Notes under the pieces: model-generated
Told to the model about the DNA's origin: nothing
What the model saw: only the letters and a program-made list of their open reading frames with translations
Database searches by the model: none
NCBI RefSeq assembly: GCF_006345805.1
Contig: NC_043002.1
Coordinates: 49,104,001 to 49,168,000, forward strand
Direction of reading: 5' to 3'
Length of the DNA stretch: 64,000 nt
DNA from: Octopus sinensis
Taxonomy: Eukaryota
In this document: in pieces, positions 63,528-64,000 of the stretch
Numbering within the stretch: position 1 is the first letter of the stretch
Layout: the number at the start of each line of letters is the position of its first letter
Translations under genes and position numbers: made by a program

Positions 63528-64000
63528 CAACAACAACAACAATAATAATAACGGTGATGATACTAATAAGAATAGTGATGAAAAAAAGAGAGGAGGACAC
63601 TACTGCTGTTAATGATGATGATGTTGATAAAGCTGATGCGTTCTAATATAAAATCACTCTGTCATTGATAGAAAAGGATGTTTCAAACGCAAAACTGTTT
63701 TCATAATCCAGCCGGTTGCTTCAATTAATGTAGAAGGTAATATTTGATTAGAGTTCCTTAACTGGAGGTTTTATAATGTAGTCATTAAAACCATTTCAAA
63801 AGGTTTCTAATTCGACTAATTCCAAGTAAAAAGAAGAAAAAAAACTTCCTTAGTTTATGTTAATTTCTTTCTTAATAAAAATGCAGAGTAAAGAAAATTT
63901 TGCTGATTATCGATTATAAATAATAATAGTTCTTGAAATAGCCATTAGCATAACTAGAAAATTAGAACCAAACAAAGAAGAAAAATATATATAACGTTTT

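Overview
AT-rich, microsatellite-saturated eukaryotic DNA with no recognisable intact protein-coding gene. The SINE families and the (TA)n/(CA)n/(GATA)n/(TAA)n load best fit an intergenic or intronic region of an octopod cephalopod (Octopus) genome; this is an inference, not a database hit. Nearly all ORFs in the supplied track are translated microsatellites or SINEs. The real content is transposon-derived. (1) More than 30 copies of at least four tRNA-derived SINE families, some with swapped head/tail modules. (2) Decayed R4/Dong-type (restriction-like endonuclease) non-LTR retrotransposons that appear to target (TAA)n, plus one in a (CATA)n context. (3) Penelope-like element (PLE) fragments (RT, GIY-YIG) with minimal hammerhead ribozyme (HHR) motifs. 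(4) Non-autonomous Helitron-like and TIR elements. The most notable observations are a ~390-bp near-perfect palindrome (6839-7226) encoding a canonical-looking minimal hammerhead on each strand, a second ~460-bp palindrome carrying HHR half-sites, a hammerhead-topology motif with a non-canonical core (53155-53204), an 830-bp TIR element carrying an NRF1/RFX/CRE/CCAAT motif cluster, and a (TAA)n-associated retroelement hotspot at 59.9-63.5 kb. All alignments and folds were done by eye, and repeat boundaries are approximate unless termini are quoted.
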